Below, piece after piece: positions 62,301 through 64,000 of a stretch of DNA of 64,000 bases; position 1 is the stretch's first letter, and each line of letters opens with the position of its first letter. Origin of the DNA: Antedon mediterranea (taxonomy: Eukaryota; Animalia; Echinodermata); contig NC_092670.1 of the NCBI RefSeq assembly GCF_964355755.1, positions 32,352,388 through 32,416,387 on the forward strand. The letters are read 5' to 3'. The notes under the pieces are model-generated. The model was not told the DNA's origin, made no database searches, and saw only the letters and a program-made list of their open reading frames with translations. Both the position numbers and the translations under genes were made by a program.

Positions 62301-63965
62301 TAAACTGTGAAAAAATAACTGTTCATATTTCGTCTTTACCAAAAGACAATACAAAAGGCATTGACAACAATCTGAAACAATTCAAGAATGGGGGGGGGGG
62401 GTGATGGAGGGGAGTCTTTGTAGTATATAGCAAATTATTATTTCAGTACGTCCTTGTATCAAGAAGAGAAGAAAAAAGAGGATGGGGAGAGAGACTGCCC
62501 AGACACGGTTAGATCGTCTGCCATGAATGGGCCATGTAATATAATTGAGTAGGCCTAGGCTAATCACTGTCCTAGTGCCAATTCCTTGAATGGAAAATTA
62601 TTTGTGGCAACAAATTCTGCGAGTTTTATCCAATTGTTTCCATTATAGTAGTCTGTCTGGGCATTGTCCAATAGCAGCACATGTCAACATAATTCCATTT
62701 TTACATCGTTTTCCACATTTATTTTGATAGGTTTCACTTAATTTTTTATATATTGTATGTGCCGATACAATACAATGACAGATTTTACATTTTATTTTCA
62801 GTGTATGAACAGAGCAATCAGCACGTTGACAACCGTTACCCAGCGACGCAGAAGAATGCGATTCGTAACCATTTGAGCGGTCTTTGTAGCTCAGGTTGTA
62901 ACGTGGATACACTCATACTATACTTGAATAGTCCAGCTCTACCGGATGGAAGAAGTCTGTTATGGGACATTGATGAAAATGGACAGGTACGGTAAATCCG
63001 AGCGCATGACGTAATCATTCGTATAAATCCTAACGTATGACGTAAACATTCGTAATTTAAGCGTGTGACGTAAATATTCGTATAAATCCTAGCCTATGAC
63101 GTAAACGTTCGTAATCCAAGCGTATGACGTCAATATTCGTATAAATCCCAGCGTGTAACGTAAACATTCGTATAAATCCCACCGTGTGACGTAAACATTC
63201 GTATAAATGCGAGCGTATGAAGTAAACATTCAAAATATTAATTACATTTTTTATTTGTTTTGTTTTTTAAGATGGCAGCCAGTGAAATGATCAGCGTAAG
63301 GGAGATATTGGAGGACATATCGGATTGTAAAGCTTCGCATGTCTATCTGATTGTGGATCAAAGTTATTCGGGTATTTTCGCCGAAGAAATAAGAAAATCG
63401 AAAACTCACGAAAATGTAGTTGTGTTCACAAGCGGAAATAAAACGGAATATTCATGGAGAAGTGACCTGACCAATGCATGGTCATACAGCAACCACACGC
63501 AGCAATGTGTAGATGAGGTGTATGAGGTAGGCCCTACCGTATTCTACATTACTGTTGTTATCATCATTGTGTACCGTAATCGTTATTTCTAATCGTCATT
63601 ATTATGTTATCCTATTCATAATAATATCGTCATAATCATCGTGTTATTGGAATTATCATTATTATCGTGTTAGTCATTGTTAACGTCATTGCTATGTTTT
63701 TATATCCATATGTCATCTATACCGTCCTCCCAAAAACGGCCGATTTCCATGTAAAGAAATTGTAGACTTACTGAAATGTGTGTGTTTTATATTCTAGATC
63801 TACTCGGATTCATTCACAAACTCGAATCCTAGGATGATGGAAGGATCGGCAAACGCAGCCAACTCAACGGTATTCGGAGGTCACCCGTGCTATCTGTTAC
63901 CATTCATGTCGAACAAGGAAATCCGCTCGACTTTTACGGGGTGCAGATACAGGCCGTACGGCTAG
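56385..63965 (+). CDS. Secreted Cys-rich protein with legumain/GPI8 (peptidase C13, clan CD)-like domain, probably catalytically inactive; 7 exons: 56385-56856, 60901-61016, 61558-61695, 62021-62207, 62802-62986, 63272-63526, 63798-63965 (506 aa)
   Basis: All introns are GT-AG with compatible phases (1521 nt total). Signal peptide MAYFTIFISILFILLRFLGLSTIALC. Clan-CD-like motif order: GVMISGG, MYSMLREQGFKKHNIKMFFAD, LILYLNSPA, VYLIVDQSYSG, NVVVFTSGNKTEYSW. Stop TAG at 63963-63965 and AATAAA at 63980. Confidence 0.85.
61041..61220. mobile_element. Hairpin MITE family, copy B
   Basis: TIR caaggcaatctaaca...tgttagattgctttg with an internal ggctgcgac/gtcgcagcc stem. Homologous to 35125-35368. Confidence 0.65.
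63001..63232 (+). repeat. Intronic 28/31-bp minisatellite, 8 units with TGACGT(A/C)A cores
   Basis: TGACGT at 63007, 63038, 63066, 63097, 63125 and 63187, plus two variant units. Confidence 0.85.
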
Positions 63966-64000
63966 CACACACACTCTCAAATAAAAAGAACTCTATCCAC

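Overview
AT-rich, intron-containing animal DNA, probably from a marine invertebrate (inference from the Deu/Nin-domain SINEs, Academ-type elements and gene style). It holds four protein-coding genes, all on +. (1) An ABCB6/HMT-1 half-transporter with 18 firmly supported exons (11116-29642), one GC-AG intron and no visible TMD0 exons; a candidate 27-nt first exon at 10717 sits behind an antioxidant-response-element module. (2, 3) Two tandem intronless type-I membrane receptors (42716-44122 and 45677-48094) with nearly identical Ig-like ectodomains but divergent tails: one tail has a single ~44-aa tyrosine module (2 YxN motifs), the other has 8 tandem 43-aa modules (9 YV[N/D] motifs). (4) A 7-exon, ~506-aa secreted protein (56385-63965) with a legumain/GPI8-like (C13) fold whose catalytic His and Cys positions are replaced. 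The rest is rich in mobile DNA: a nested RTE/Academ/L2/RTE cluster at 2.4-9.3 kb, a second Academ-type element, a young CR1-group LINE, 5S-, tRNA- and Deu-domain SINEs, several MITEs, satellites and many TA-site micro-insertions. The best candidate for an undescribed system is the paired receptor locus, where the same ectodomain is coupled to very different numbers of phosphotyrosine docking sites. All alignments and family assignments were made by eye, without database searches.
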